Positions 15,446 to 25,251 are shown, counted from the stretch's first letter. The stretch: 36,272 nucleotides of DNA from an uncultured Gemmatimonadota bacterium (GCA_903894655.1 CAITQY010000171.1:1-36272); one strand, 5' to 3'. Translations and numbers: made by a program. Notes: generated by a model from the letters alone, not told the origin.

Positions 15446-15556
15446 TCACACGTCGTTGAGGTCGTCGCGCTTCAGCACTCGCCACAGGTGGCGGCAGGCC
15501 GCGGCCACGATCAGCCACAGGCCCACGACCAGCCCGGCGAAGATCAGCTCGCCCAT
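15446..15556 (-). CDS. Micro membrane protein (36 aa)
   Basis: MGELIFAGLVVGLWLIVAAACRHLWRVLKRDDLNDV; TGATG-coupled. Confidence 0.55.
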   Translation of the reverse strand: MGELIFAGLVVGLWLIVAAACRHLWRVLKRDDLNDV

Positions 15557-15600
15557 CACATGAACCGGATGTGTAATAACTGAAACCGGCCGCCGCCCAT
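15556..15600 (-). CDS. Possible 14-aa coupling peptide
   Basis: MGGGRFQLLHIRFM; TGATG overlap at both ends. Confidence 0.35.
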   Translation of the reverse strand: MGGGRFQLLHIRFM

Positions 15601-15698
15601 CACCGACGCCGCTCGCGCCGTAGGAATGCGGCGAGGTCGATGGCCGTCCAGATGACCCACGCCAGTAGCAGCCCGGCGAGGATGACGAAGGCGTCCAC
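15600..15698 (-). CDS. Micro membrane protein (32 aa)
   Basis: MDAFVILAGLLLAWVIWTAIDLAAFLRRERRR. Confidence 0.55.
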   Translation of the reverse strand: MDAFVILAGLLLAWVIWTAIDLAAFLRRERRR

Positions 15699-15700
15699 GG

Positions 15701-16333
15701 CTACCGGCCGAGCGCCACGTGCAGCTCGTGCAGCTGGTGCGCGCTCAGGTGCTTGCCGTGCTTCCGCATCGTGAGCAAGTGCAGGATGTGCGCGGAGTAG
15801 GCAGGCGCGGCGGTGCCGTCTGGCCTGATCCGCATCCGCGCGATCTCAGCCCTGAACGCGGCCACATCGGTGCCCGGCCGCGCGTAGAAGTGCATCGGGT
15901 CGATGTAGGCGTTGTGGTAGCGGCCACGGAACTCGCCCTCGCCGATGCTGGCGTCGCCGCCCCAGTAGAGCAGGCTGTACTTGGTGAGCAGCGCGACGAC
16001 CTGCGGCTCCTTGCTCACCCAGAACGCGCGGTTGCTCGAGCCCTGGGCGCCGACGCCGGAGGCGAGCAGGTCGACCGCCACGCCTCCGTAGTGATCGCTT
16101 GCCCGGCCGCCACCAGCGCGCGCTGGCCTCGCGTCGTAGGCGTCGACATCGTCGCGCTTGGTGAGCGGCGCGATGGTGCGCGCGTAGTCCATGATCATCG
16201 CGACGAAGTAGGGCGCGACATCGGCGCGGCCGTAGAACACGCACGGCGTGCCGGGCACCACGAGGCGAGTGAGCCGCGGGTCGCCCCAGTCTGGATTGTC
16301 GAGCGTCGGCCAGCCCGAGAGCGTGGTCGCCAT
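15701..16333 (-). CDS. Endolysin, M15-like metallopeptidase
   Basis: SGWP, SDHYGGVAVD, WGGD, DPMHF motifs; follows the holin. Confidence 0.85.
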   Translation of the reverse strand: MATTLSGWPTLDNPDWGDPRLTRLVVPGTPCVFYGRADVAPYFVAMIMDYARTIAPLTKRDDVDAYDARPARAGGGRASDHYGGVAVDLLASGVGAQGSSNRAFWVSKEPQVVALLTKYSLLYWGGDASIGEGEFRGRYHNAYIDPMHFYARPGTDVAAFRAEIARMRIRPDGTAAPAYSAHILHLLTMRKHGKHLSAHQLHELHVALGR

Positions 16334-16334
16334 C

Positions 16335-16607
16335 TCAGGCTGCCGGGTCGAACATCTCGGAGGCGTGGCCGACGACGGGCGGCGGCGAGCCGATGCCATA
16401 GGCGGGGTCGGCCGGGTTGATCGACTTCACCACGGCTGTGCCGACGGCAGTCATGACGAGGGTGGCGAGGATGCCCGCGTCGAACTTGCCGCCGCTCGCG
16501 ATGCTCACCAGGTAGGTGACCACGGTGGCGAGGGCTGCGCCGGCAGCGACGTTGATGATGGTTCGGACGGGCGCGGGCAGTCCTGCCCAGAAGGATTGGA
16601 AGGTCAT
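16335..16607 (-). CDS. Holin
   Basis: Two transmembrane helices; INPADPAYG tail. Confidence 0.8.
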   Translation of the reverse strand: MTFQSFWAGLPAPVRTIINVAAGAALATVVTYLVSIASGGKFDAGILATLVMTAVGTAVVKSINPADPAYGIGSPPPVVGHASEMFDPAA

Positions 16608-16643
16608 GGGGTGCCTCTCTTGTGTTATCGGTTACGAGCTAGG

Positions 16644-16913
16644 TCAGAAGTAGATGGACGCGATGCCCGCGAGGATCGTCAGTCCTGAGCCGATGAGCAG
16701 GCCGACAAGCCAGCGGCGCGCCACTGCGTCGGCGGCGTCACGGCTCGCGATCTCATCGGTGCTCACCGTCTCAACCTCGAGCACACGAATACGTGACTCG
16801 TGGTCGCCAAGCCTGCGGTCGACGGAGTCAAGGCGCTGCACGAGCGCGTCGACCTTGGCTTCGAGTCGTGCCACCGTTTCGGCGATCCGCAGTAGTAGCC
16901 CATGCTCATCCAT
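16644..16913 (-). CDS. Coiled-coil plus C-terminal TM protein (lysis accessory)
   Basis: RLEAKVD...DHESRIRVLE; hydrophobic C-terminus; TAATG overlap. Confidence 0.75.
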   Translation of the reverse strand: MDEHGLLLRIAETVARLEAKVDALVQRLDSVDRRLGDHESRIRVLEVETVSTDEIASRDAADAVARRWLVGLLIGSGLTILAGIASIYF

Positions 16914-17422
16914 TACGCGGCCTCGTAGGTGAGGGTGAACCACCACGAGTCGCCCGCGACCTGACCAGCCGGAACTGCGCCGGTCCAGTTCAGGAGCGTC
17001 GTGGCCGCGCCGCCTGGCGAGTGGGTGAGCACCGAGGCGGTCGTGCCACCTGCTACCGCCGACATCACGACGCCGCTCGAGTTCGTTCCAGCGTTGCTCC
17101 TGAACCGGCTGGAGCCGACGAGCTGGCCACCCGTGCTCGCCGCAGCCGAGACGGGAAGGTTGAAGGACAGCAGCGCCGAGCCCGGCGTCAGGGTGGCGAT
17201 GAGTATGTACGCGCGGGCCGTGACGATCTTCCCGACCTGCTGGTAGAGGCCAACCTGAGACGTGTACGTGACGGCCGTGTACCCCGTGATCGCGGGCGTC
17301 CAGGCGGTCCACGCGTTCCAACTCGTCCGAAGGTCCGAAAGGTTATTCGACACATACGTGTTCAGGTTCGCTGCGGTCACAGTCTCGCCGACCGCCCACG
17401 TGCGCGGGGTTGTCCAGGTCAT
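16913..17422 (-). CDS. Minor tail protein / tail fibre tip
   Basis: MTWTTPRTWAVGETVTAANLN..., WTAWTP, YQQVGKIV, TLTYEAA. Confidence 0.8.
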   Translation of the reverse strand: MTWTTPRTWAVGETVTAANLNTYVSNNLSDLRTSWNAWTAWTPAITGYTAVTYTSQVGLYQQVGKIVTARAYILIATLTPGSALLSFNLPVSAAASTGGQLVGSSRFRSNAGTNSSGVVMSAVAGGTTASVLTHSPGGAATTLLNWTGAVPAGQVAGDSWWFTLTYEAA

Positions 17423-17435
17423 CTCGTCGCCTCTC

Positions 17436-19877
17436 TCAGAACGCTAGGACGGTGGTGGAGTCAAGGACGGAATAGGTGGAGTCGTCGAGGACCCACACGG
17501 TCGAGCCCGCGTCGATCTGCGTGCACACGAACGCGCGCCGCCAACTCGTCGCGTTGACGGTGTCCGTCAGTCCGTCGACGATGAGGTCGAGGGTCGCGGC
17601 CGGTGTCGACGCGGACGGCAGGCCGGTCACCTGGAAGCGGGTGCCGACCTCGGCGGCGAGGATCGCAGACTCGTCGAGGATCGCCGCGCCGCTCACGAGG
17701 TCGACGCTGATCCCCGAGATGCGCGGCACGGGCTGCGAGTTGAGGTTGGCGAGGAACGCGGACATGTCGACGACCTGCGGGTCAGTGGCGACATAGACCG
17801 TCGTCGTCGAGTCGTGGGTGTCGTAGGCCGCGACGCTGGCCGCGTCCACCGAGCGGGCCGTGATGCCGCCCGGCCGCGAGACGGTCACGTCGTTGATGAC
17901 CGGCCCCATGTCAGTGGTGAAGCCGGTGCCCTTGTCGATGGCCGTGGCTGGGATGGTGAACGAGACGGCGGTCCCGTACCGCTTGTCGCGGGCGGCGAGG
18001 CGCAGCACGCCCGAGCGGTCGAGGTAGACCGCTGACGCCTCGGCCGTGGCGACATCGCTGGCCGCGTCGAGCAGTGAGCGGTCGGCCACAGGGAACGGGG
18101 TCATCGTCGCCGAGGTCGCGCCGCTCGAGCCGTAGGAGAAGCCGTATTCAGTGCTCGACAGTCCCGCGACCTGCGCGAGCCTGGTGAACTTCGCGGCGCT
18201 CGTCTCGGCCGTGTACGACGCGAGGGTGTCGCGGACCCGAGCGTGCTCGGTGATGCGCGTCGCCGACAGCGCGGTCGGATAGACGGCGACGTTGGCGAGC
18301 CGCCCGTAGAAGATGCCCGATGCGGTGCCCGTCGACGCGGCGCGCAGCGCGCCGGCCGAGATCGAGCCGCCGCTGATGATGGTCGCGCTCGAGGACGCCG
18401 TCGAGTATGTCGCCGGTGTTCCCTGCGACACGCCGTCGAGGTACAGCGTGACGGTCACCGTGTCGGCGGCGCGGCTCTGGGTCAGGACCGCGTGGTGCCA
18501 CACTCCCGAGGTGACCGTGGTCGTGCCCGTGACCGTCGCCGTGAGGCTTGCCGAGCTGTCGACCGTGGTGGCGACGAGCTTGTCGGTGGCCGAAAGGCTG
18601 ATGGTCACGAGGCGCGTGAAGGCCGTGTCGTGGAGCGTGGCGAGGCCGCGGCTCGCAGTTCCCGCCGTCGCGGCTTGGAAGTAGACCTCCACGCTCTGCG
18701 TATTGGTGAAGGCGTCGGGCAAACCCGAGCCGGTGAGATACCAGCCGGTCGTGTTGGGAGTGATCGGGGTGAGCACGGCGCACGACTGGCCGTCAGGGCC
18801 GGGGCCGAGGCCCGCCTCGCCGAACGTGAGCGTTGAGGTGGTGGCGCCCACGAGCACGCCGGTAAGCGCGGTGACGGCAGCGTTGCTCGACTGCTCGCCC
18901 GCCGACACCGACGCGTCGGAGTCATCGCACGGCCAGACCGCTGAGGGCGAGTCGACGAGCTGCACGCCTCGTATAAGGCTGGGTAGTTTTCGTTTTTCGA
19001 GACGCGCCAGGCGGTCGGTGGCCGAGACGCGAACGGTCGGGCGCCAGCCGTTATCCCAGCCAGTTTCGAGTGCCTCGATGTAGCCGTACCACAGGTCGAC
19101 GGGCGCGGTCAGGTCGAAGACGCTCAATGCCGAGGTGCCCTGATAGAACACTGCCGAGTCGACGAGGAACTTTTGGCCGGCCGTACCGGCCGCCTGCGTG
19201 TAAATGGTCGCGTAAGCCTGCACGGTGGTCGCTGGCGCGGTGCCCGTGACCGAAATCAGCGTCCAGCCCATCGCGCTGGTGAGCACGGTAGTAGCGCCCG
19301 TGGTCGTGCTGATGTTGCTCACGCCATCGTTCCAGTTAATGCCGACTGCCAGCGATGCGTTGGCCTGCCCAGTGGGAACCTTGACCCACGCGCTCGCGTA
19401 GTAATTCATGCCAGCAGTGAGGCCGGTGACGAGCGAGAAGACGCCCGAGCCCGAGCCCGCCTGGCGGGTGACCTCAAGGGACGCTACGCCCGAGTAGTCA
19501 TCGGATGTGATGCGCGCCATTGTCGACGCGTTGGTGTTCCAGCCGGTCGTGTTCGTCTCGAAGCCGGGATTGGTGAACAGGTTTCCCGCGGTACGCACGC
19601 GCACCGGGATGCGGAGCGCGAGCCCGGTCACCTGGTTAGTGCCACCCAAGGTGAAGCGCCCCTCGGTGCCCTGCTGTGTTGAGTTGTCCAGGGTGAATGA
19701 CAGCGAGCCGGGGCGCGCCATGACATCGATGCCCGAGCGGCCACGGTTGAACGTGACGCCGTCGCCGAGCCGCACCGACGACGTGACATCAGTCCACGAG
19801 ATCGAGCCGAGCGGCGTGAGCGGCGTCGACCCGTAGCCGAGGTCGACACGCAGCGCGTCGGAGAGGACCTGGGCCAT
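17436..19877 (-). CDS. Minor tail protein with CBM-like and LamG-like domains
   Basis: WTDVT, NLFTNPGFETNTTGW (CBM), WHHAVLT..LYLDGV..LANVAVYPTALS (LamG); follows tape measure. Confidence 0.85.
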   Translation of the reverse strand: MAQVLSDALRVDLGYGSTPLTPLGSISWTDVTSSVRLGDGVTFNRGRSGIDVMARPGSLSFTLDNSTQQGTEGRFTLGGTNQVTGLALRIPVRVRTAGNLFTNPGFETNTTGWNTNASTMARITSDDYSGVASLEVTRQAGSGSGVFSLVTGLTAGMNYYASAWVKVPTGQANASLAVGINWNDGVSNISTTTGATTVLTSAMGWTLISVTGTAPATTVQAYATIYTQAAGTAGQKFLVDSAVFYQGTSALSVFDLTAPVDLWYGYIEALETGWDNGWRPTVRVSATDRLARLEKRKLPSLIRGVQLVDSPSAVWPCDDSDASVSAGEQSSNAAVTALTGVLVGATTSTLTFGEAGLGPGPDGQSCAVLTPITPNTTGWYLTGSGLPDAFTNTQSVEVYFQAATAGTASRGLATLHDTAFTRLVTISLSATDKLVATTVDSSASLTATVTGTTTVTSGVWHHAVLTQSRAADTVTVTLYLDGVSQGTPATYSTASSSATIISGGSISAGALRAASTGTASGIFYGRLANVAVYPTALSATRITEHARVRDTLASYTAETSAAKFTRLAQVAGLSSTEYGFSYGSSGATSATMTPFPVADRSLLDAASDVATAEASAVYLDRSGVLRLAARDKRYGTAVSFTIPATAIDKGTGFTTDMGPVINDVTVSRPGGITARSVDAASVAAYDTHDSTTTVYVATDPQVVDMSAFLANLNSQPVPRISGISVDLVSGAAILDESAILAAEVGTRFQVTGLPSASTPAATLDLIVDGLTDTVNATSWRRAFVCTQIDAGSTVWVLDDSTYSVLDSTTVLAF

Positions 19878-22819
19878 CAGTCGAGTCCCAACTTCCGGCC
19901 ACCGATCGATCGCTTATACGCGGCGAGCGCGGAGGCGATCTCTTTGCCGTCGAGATTGACGACTACCTGTGTGGTGAGCAGCTCGCGATCAGCACCCGCA
20001 CGCGCGACGGCCGAGTTGACTAGGCCGCGCTGACGGCTGATCAGTGGGTCGTATTCAATGTGCGCGCGCTGGTTTCCGATGCGGCCTGACTCCCGGTCGA
20101 TGGTGCGCTGGATGTTGGCGAGGTCTCTGATGTCGGCGGGCTTGGCATCGAGGAGAGCCTTGGCGAGCTCGCCGCCCTCCTCGGGACCGGCGTCGATGAT
20201 CTGCTCGAGGAACGAGCGCGGGATGCCCATCTTTGCGAGCTTGCGGACATTCGATCCGAACGACTTGATGACGTTGAGCTTCGCTTTCAATCCGGCGATG
20301 ACGTTGCCCGCCGTGGGCTTCGAGGTGCGCGCCGCGGCCTGCGCCTGGTCGAGGTCGGCGAGTGCTGCGGTGCGCTCGGCCGGTGTCGCCGCGCTGTTGA
20401 GGCGAGCCCGCGCGGTGGCCACGTCCGCCTGCGCGGTCTTGTACGCCTTTGTGTCAAACGAGTTCGTCAGCGACGCGAACGACTTGACCGAGTTCTTCGT
20501 GTCGCGGCTCTGGCTCGCCATGTCCTCGCGGAGTTTCATCAAGCCCTGCTCAAGCCGAATCGCGGTCGCCGTGTCGCGCACGAACTTGGCGAGAAGCTGC
20601 GCGGGCGTGAGCGCGGCGGCGGCCGACGAGGTGACGAGGCCGCCATCGGCGTAGCGGTTCAGTGAGTGCAGGAAAGGGACGCCGAGGCGCTGCACGCTGG
20701 AGGCGCGCACCACGTACTCGCCATTGCTGAGCATTGCGGGGATGCTGTCCGACGTTCCCGTTCCGGGGCCTTGGATGTAGCCGCCCGACGCGGGCGTCAG
20801 AGTGCTTGGGTCGAGGAGTCGCACGTTCCCGTGGCCCTCGATGTTGATCACGAGAGTGCGAGGCCGCAGGAATCCGTCGATGTTGTCCTTGAGGTGCGCT
20901 AGGTCGAGGATCGCCTGCGCCTTGTCGATGTTGATGAGGGTAGCGACCTTGTCAGGAATGAGACCGTATCTGTCCGCTAGCTTCTTCGCTGCGCCAGCGG
21001 TCAACCCTGCGGCGTCGGCAGCCTCAAGGAACTTGGCGCGCGCATCCTTGGTCGACTGGGCGATGTCCTTGGTGGATCGGTTCTGCCCTGCCATTGTGGT
21101 GGTGACCGCGCGTGACTTCTCGGCGATGCCCTGAAGGCCAGCCTGAGCGGTGCGGCCGGCTTCGGTGTTGAGGTCGAGCACGGTGCGATTCTCCTTCACC
21201 GCGTCCGTGTGCGAGTTGGTGTCTTTCGTGGCCTCCTTGATCGACGACAGCGCGTCGTCGTAAGACTTCTGTAGTGCCGCGTTCGCCGAGTCGAGGTCGA
21301 TGGCCTTGCCGCCGAGCGCCTCGAGCGAAGCCTTCAGCTCATCGGCCGACTTCTTGAGCGCCTTCACCGAGTCGTAGGTATCGTCGGCACGCTGACCCAC
21401 GAAGCCGACCGCCTCGCCCGCGGCCATCGCGTTCCTGTCAAGGTCACCGAACGGGCTCGCAGTGGCAGCGACCGCTGCCGCGTACTTGGGGAACTTGGCA
21501 GCGGCCTCCTCGGCAGACATGCCGAGGCTCCTGATGAGGTCGTCGGCCGCCTTGCCCGAGCCGGCCGACACCATCGTCGAGAGCTGCTCGTCGAGGTTCG
21601 ACGCCGCGTTCCCGGCGTTCAGGTAACCCGTCACCATTGCGGGAAAGGCGAGGCCGCCAGACGCCGCCAAGAGGCCGATCTGCGTGGACCAACTGCCGGT
21701 CGCCTGTGCGTTCGCGTAAGCCTGTGCGGCCGAGTGCGCGGCCTCCTTGTCTTGCGCCGCGACGGCGGCGGCGAGCCCGTTGACCGCGTCGGCACCGGCG
21801 CCCACCTTGTCGAGCAGGAACTGGTAGGCCGCCGCGACAGCCAGTGTCGCAGTGACGCCGATGCCAATGGCGCCCATTGACTTGCCCAACATCCCAACCT
21901 TGGATGCGGCGCCAGATGACGCCGTGCCCGCGGCAGTCGCGGCGGCGGCCTCGGCGGTCAGCGCTCCGGTGGCCTGCGTGGCGGCCGGGAAGATGAGCTT
22001 GAGGCTGCCGACCATGCTCAGGATTCGAGGACCCGCGACCAGCGCGGCGGCAGATGCAAGGCCTATTGCGACCGCGGCAGTCTTGAGCGGCTCGGGCATC
22101 TTCGAGAAGGCGCCGAGAACAGGCGTGACGATGCCGACGAGAGTCTGAAGCGCGGGCACGAGCTGCGCGCCGATCTCCTCCTGAAGGTCACCGAAAGACG
22201 CTTGCAGAATCTTGAGCTGACCGGCGGTGCTCGCGCCGAACGCCTCGCCCGCGCCGCCAACCTTGCCCTCAAGCGCGGAGTAGATTGAGTCAAAGTCTTT
22301 GGCCTTGTCGCCCGTGGCCTTGAAGTTGATCCCGATGTCCTTGAGCGCCTTGGCGTTGCCGAGCATCGCCTTGCCGACCTTGCCCGCCGCCTCCGTCACG
22401 CCGATGCCATTGGCCACGGCGTAGTCGTTGACGATCGGGATCAGCTTCTGAATCTGCTCGCCGGTCAAGTTGTACATGGCGAGCTTCGCCTCGGCCGCGG
22501 CGAGCTCGTCGTCGTCCGTGCCGGTCTTCGCCTGGATGGCCGAGTTCAGGTCACGCATTGCCGAAATGTTCACCGACGCGATGGCCGGGAACTTTCGGTA
22601 GGCCTCCTGAAGTTTGACCTGCGAAACCTCGGCCTCGGCGTAAGCCTTCACCGAGGCCGCGCCGAACGCGATGATGGCGCCCGCACCGATGAGTTGACCG
22701 GCAGTGTGCAGACTCTTCGTCTGGCGCTCAAGCGCCGACATGCTGCTGCCGACCTTCTTGATCTCGGCCGACGCCTTGTCGTGCGCGAGCAGGTTGATGA
22801 CTAGGTCTTTGGCGGCCAC
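19877..22819 (-). CDS. Tape measure protein
   Basis: 980 aa, Ala-rich helical, hydrophobic middle, GPGTGTSDSIPAMLSNGEYV motif. Confidence 0.93.
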   Translation of the reverse strand: MAAKDLVINLLAHDKASAEIKKVGSSMSALERQTKSLHTAGQLIGAGAIIAFGAASVKAYAEAEVSQVKLQEAYRKFPAIASVNISAMRDLNSAIQAKTGTDDDELAAAEAKLAMYNLTGEQIQKLIPIVNDYAVANGIGVTEAAGKVGKAMLGNAKALKDIGINFKATGDKAKDFDSIYSALEGKVGGAGEAFGASTAGQLKILQASFGDLQEEIGAQLVPALQTLVGIVTPVLGAFSKMPEPLKTAAVAIGLASAAALVAGPRILSMVGSLKLIFPAATQATGALTAEAAAATAAGTASSGAASKVGMLGKSMGAIGIGVTATLAVAAAYQFLLDKVGAGADAVNGLAAAVAAQDKEAAHSAAQAYANAQATGSWSTQIGLLAASGGLAFPAMVTGYLNAGNAASNLDEQLSTMVSAGSGKAADDLIRSLGMSAEEAAAKFPKYAAAVAATASPFGDLDRNAMAAGEAVGFVGQRADDTYDSVKALKKSADELKASLEALGGKAIDLDSANAALQKSYDDALSSIKEATKDTNSHTDAVKENRTVLDLNTEAGRTAQAGLQGIAEKSRAVTTTMAGQNRSTKDIAQSTKDARAKFLEAADAAGLTAGAAKKLADRYGLIPDKVATLINIDKAQAILDLAHLKDNIDGFLRPRTLVINIEGHGNVRLLDPSTLTPASGGYIQGPGTGTSDSIPAMLSNGEYVVRASSVQRLGVPFLHSLNRYADGGLVTSSAAAALTPAQLLAKFVRDTATAIRLEQGLMKLREDMASQSRDTKNSVKSFASLTNSFDTKAYKTAQADVATARARLNSAATPAERTAALADLDQAQAAARTSKPTAGNVIAGLKAKLNVIKSFGSNVRKLAKMGIPRSFLEQIIDAGPEEGGELAKALLDAKPADIRDLANIQRTIDRESGRIGNQRAHIEYDPLISRQRGLVNSAVARAGADRELLTTQVVVNLDGKEIASALAAYKRSIGGRKLGLD

Positions 22820-22821
22820 GA

Positions 22822-23016
22822 CTACCTGCCCTTCATCTCAAGCAACTGATCCGCAGCGGCGGCGTACCTTTCAAACTTGCTCACCGACCACGTATCAATG
22901 ACGTGGTCCTCGTCGGCTGATGCGCCGAAGAGATACAGGAACACCGGCCCGTACATGCGGACGCGGCTCACGATGTCTAGTCGGTCGGGATCTCCGCCTC
23001 GTCTGGCCCAGTAGGG
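22822..23016 (-). CDS. Tail assembly chaperone C-terminal extension (-1 frame)
   Basis: Open -1 frame overlapping the chaperone end and stopping just before the tape measure gene. Confidence 0.6.
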   Translation of the reverse strand, partial: PYWARRGGDPDRLDIVSRVRMYGPVFLYLFGASADEDHVIDTWSVSKFERYAAAADQLLEMKGR

Positions 23017-23333
23017 CGCGTGGCATCGTCGCCGTCCTCGTCCTCGGGCGCGTCGTCCTCGGCGCCCTTCTCCTCGTCGGTGAGTTCCACCGACCAGCGG
23101 AGTTGTGCCAGGTCGAGGTCGATCTCGCTGAACTTGCCGACCTCGAGCGATGCGCGCTTGCCCGCGATCCACCACGCGAACGCGACGGCTGAGGCGCGGT
23201 CCTGCGCGAGCGCCTCGCGCCACTCCACCCACGACATGCTCGTCAATCGCTCGCAGTCCATGGCGTCGCGAATCGGCATCGTGTTTAAATCGAGTGTGCG
23301 GGTTTCGTCTCCCGCGGTCATGACAATGTTCAT
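22977..23333 (-). CDS. Tail assembly chaperone
   Basis: Position upstream of tape measure; acidic tail ending near RPT. Confidence 0.75.
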   Translation of the reverse strand: MNIVMTAGDETRTLDLNTMPIRDAMDCERLTSMSWVEWREALAQDRASAVAFAWWIAGKRASLEVGKFSEIDLDLAQLRWSVELTDEEKGAEDDAPEDEDGDDATRPTGPDEAEIPTD

Positions 23334-23366
23334 GGTGCGCCCCTAACGGTTGGTGTGGTTAGCCGT

Positions 23367-23936
23367 TCACATTCGGTCGAATCGACGCTCAAAGTCGACG
23401 AGCACCTCTTGCATCGCCTTGATGATGGCCGGGTGCTTCTCGCGCGAAGTCTCGTCCCAGAATCGCGGCGGGCTGACGGTCTGCCCGTAGAACTGTTTGT
23501 GTCCGAAGAACGGGTGCCGCCATTTTCCGCGGTTCATCATGCGCGGCAGTCCGTCCATGCCTGGCGGCATCTTCGACGCCTGAGCCCGCACGCGGATGCC
23601 GACATCGTTGCCCTGGTATCGGATGATCTTGCCGATGGAGTTGGACACCGACTGACGCAGACCGGCGCGGCCCAATGCCGCGCCGATCTTCGCGTCGGTG
23701 ATCTTCTTCTTGCCTCGCAGCTCAGCAAACGCTTTGTTCGCCTGCGCCGCGTTTGAGCCCTTGGTGCCCTTTGAGCTGAGCCCCATGACGGCGGCCTTCT
23801 CCGCTGCGATCAATAGGTCGGCCTGTTGGCGTAGCGCCTTCCGCATGTCGCGGTTGAGTTCCTTGTCTCCCATGAGCTTCTTGGCGATGCGCTCAAGGTC
23901 TGGAGACTGAACCGAGACGGAGACGATTCCGGTCAT
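23367..23936 (-). CDS. HK97 gp10-like / tail completion protein
   Basis: Basic protein; GKWRHPFFG motif. Confidence 0.65.
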   Translation of the reverse strand: MTGIVSVSVQSPDLERIAKKLMGDKELNRDMRKALRQQADLLIAAEKAAVMGLSSKGTKGSNAAQANKAFAELRGKKKITDAKIGAALGRAGLRQSVSNSIGKIIRYQGNDVGIRVRAQASKMPPGMDGLPRMMNRGKWRHPFFGHKQFYGQTVSPPRFWDETSREKHPAIIKAMQEVLVDFERRFDRM

Positions 23937-23938
23937 GG

Positions 23939-24952
23939 TTAGAGCGCGACCTCGGCCGAGATGACGGCGATGGTGGCGAAGGCGTTGGTGCCGTCGTAGC
24001 GCGCCTCGAAGCCGAAGCTGTGCTGCAACTTGTCGCGGCCTGCGATGTTGAATCCCTCGGGCGACGTGAACACGACGCTCGGCAGGGTGATGCGGAAGGT
24101 CTCGTAGAAGGTGCTGGCGATCAGCGGGCCGACCCACTCAAGGACCATTGACGTGCTGGAGTTGTCGCGGGCGCGGTTGTGGAGGTCCGCTGCGGTGACG
24201 AAGTCAGCGTCGAGCGTTCCGCTGATGGTGGTCGCGCCGTTGAGAACGGGCTCGGCCTTCGTCCCTGCGACAGTCGCGCCCGCGTAGTAGCCGGCCGCGT
24301 CGTGCGGACGGGCGATGGTGCAGGCCGCGGACTTCACGCCAGCGATGGCAGCCTCGGAGCCGTAGGTTCCGAGCTTGACCGACATCTGCGCGCCGTGGAA
24401 CACGTTGGCGGGCGTTGACCCCGAATAGGACGGCGTCGCGAGCGCGGTGCTGTTCTCGTAGCCAAACGCGTCGAGGTCGAACGTCGCGCCGAGGAGGCCG
24501 TCGACCGCGCACGAGAACGCGGCCTGCGTCACCTTGCAGCCTCGCAGTGTCGCGGGCGTCACCGTTCCCGCGCGGTTGGGAAGGCCGAGCTGCACGGTGA
24601 TGCTCTTGCCGAGGGTGTCGGCGATGGTGTGCGTCTGGAGGTAGGCCGAGGTAGCGCCCTGGACCACGGGGGTCACCGTGGTGCCCATGAGCGTCTGGAG
24701 AAGGAGCCCCATGCTCTTCGACTGCACGTCGAGCACGAGCTGGCCCGAGCCGCCAGTGACAGTCTCGACGTACTGCGAGCCGTACTGGCCATGGATTCCG
24801 TTTTGGATTCCCTCGCCCTGGACGCGCGTGGCCGTCTTGTTGGCGGTCGCGCTCTTCACTCTTGCGAACTTGGTCACCGCGACGGCGGTGCCGTAGGTGC
24901 TCTCGTTGACGCTGAATCCAACAGATGAGCCGAGGCCCGAACCGATAGCCAT
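23939..24952 (-). CDS. Major tail (tube) protein
   Basis: MAIGSGLGSSVGF..ESTYGTAV; LRGCKV; beta-rich. Confidence 0.85.
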   Translation of the reverse strand: MAIGSGLGSSVGFSVNESTYGTAVAVTKFARVKSATANKTATRVQGEGIQNGIHGQYGSQYVETVTGGSGQLVLDVQSKSMGLLLQTLMGTTVTPVVQGATSAYLQTHTIADTLGKSITVQLGLPNRAGTVTPATLRGCKVTQAAFSCAVDGLLGATFDLDAFGYENSTALATPSYSGSTPANVFHGAQMSVKLGTYGSEAAIAGVKSAACTIARPHDAAGYYAGATVAGTKAEPVLNGATTISGTLDADFVTAADLHNRARDNSSTSMVLEWVGPLIASTFYETFRITLPSVVFTSPEGFNIAGRDKLQHSFGFEARYDGTNAFATIAVISAEVAL

Positions 24953-24954
24953 TT

Positions 24955-25182
24955 CTACTCCTTCGCTTCGGCCGGAGCCGTCTGGGTGGGTGTGGTCTTC
25001 TTGGCGGTCGTGGCGGCGACGGCCTCGAACAGTGCGGGCTCGCCCGTCTCGCCGGTCTGGAAGTAGACGGTCGCCGCGTACTCGTCGCTGACGGTCAGGA
25101 TCGAGTCGGCCTCGACCTTCACCAGGCCGTCGGGAGTGGCGACCCACAGGTCGTCGTCGGTCACGTTGCGGAACTGAGCCAT
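24955..25182 (-). CDS. Hypothetical virion-region protein
   Basis: GAGGAG RBS; position. Confidence 0.7.
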   Translation of the reverse strand: MAQFRNVTDDDLWVATPDGLVKVEADSILTVSDEYAATVYFQTGETGEPALFEAVAATTAKKTTPTQTAPAEAKE

Positions 25183-25251
25183 CGCGGCATCTCCTCGGGC
25201 ATGGGTAGAAGCCGGTGCGCCGAGATGGCGTCCGGTGTTGGTGGTGGTGGT

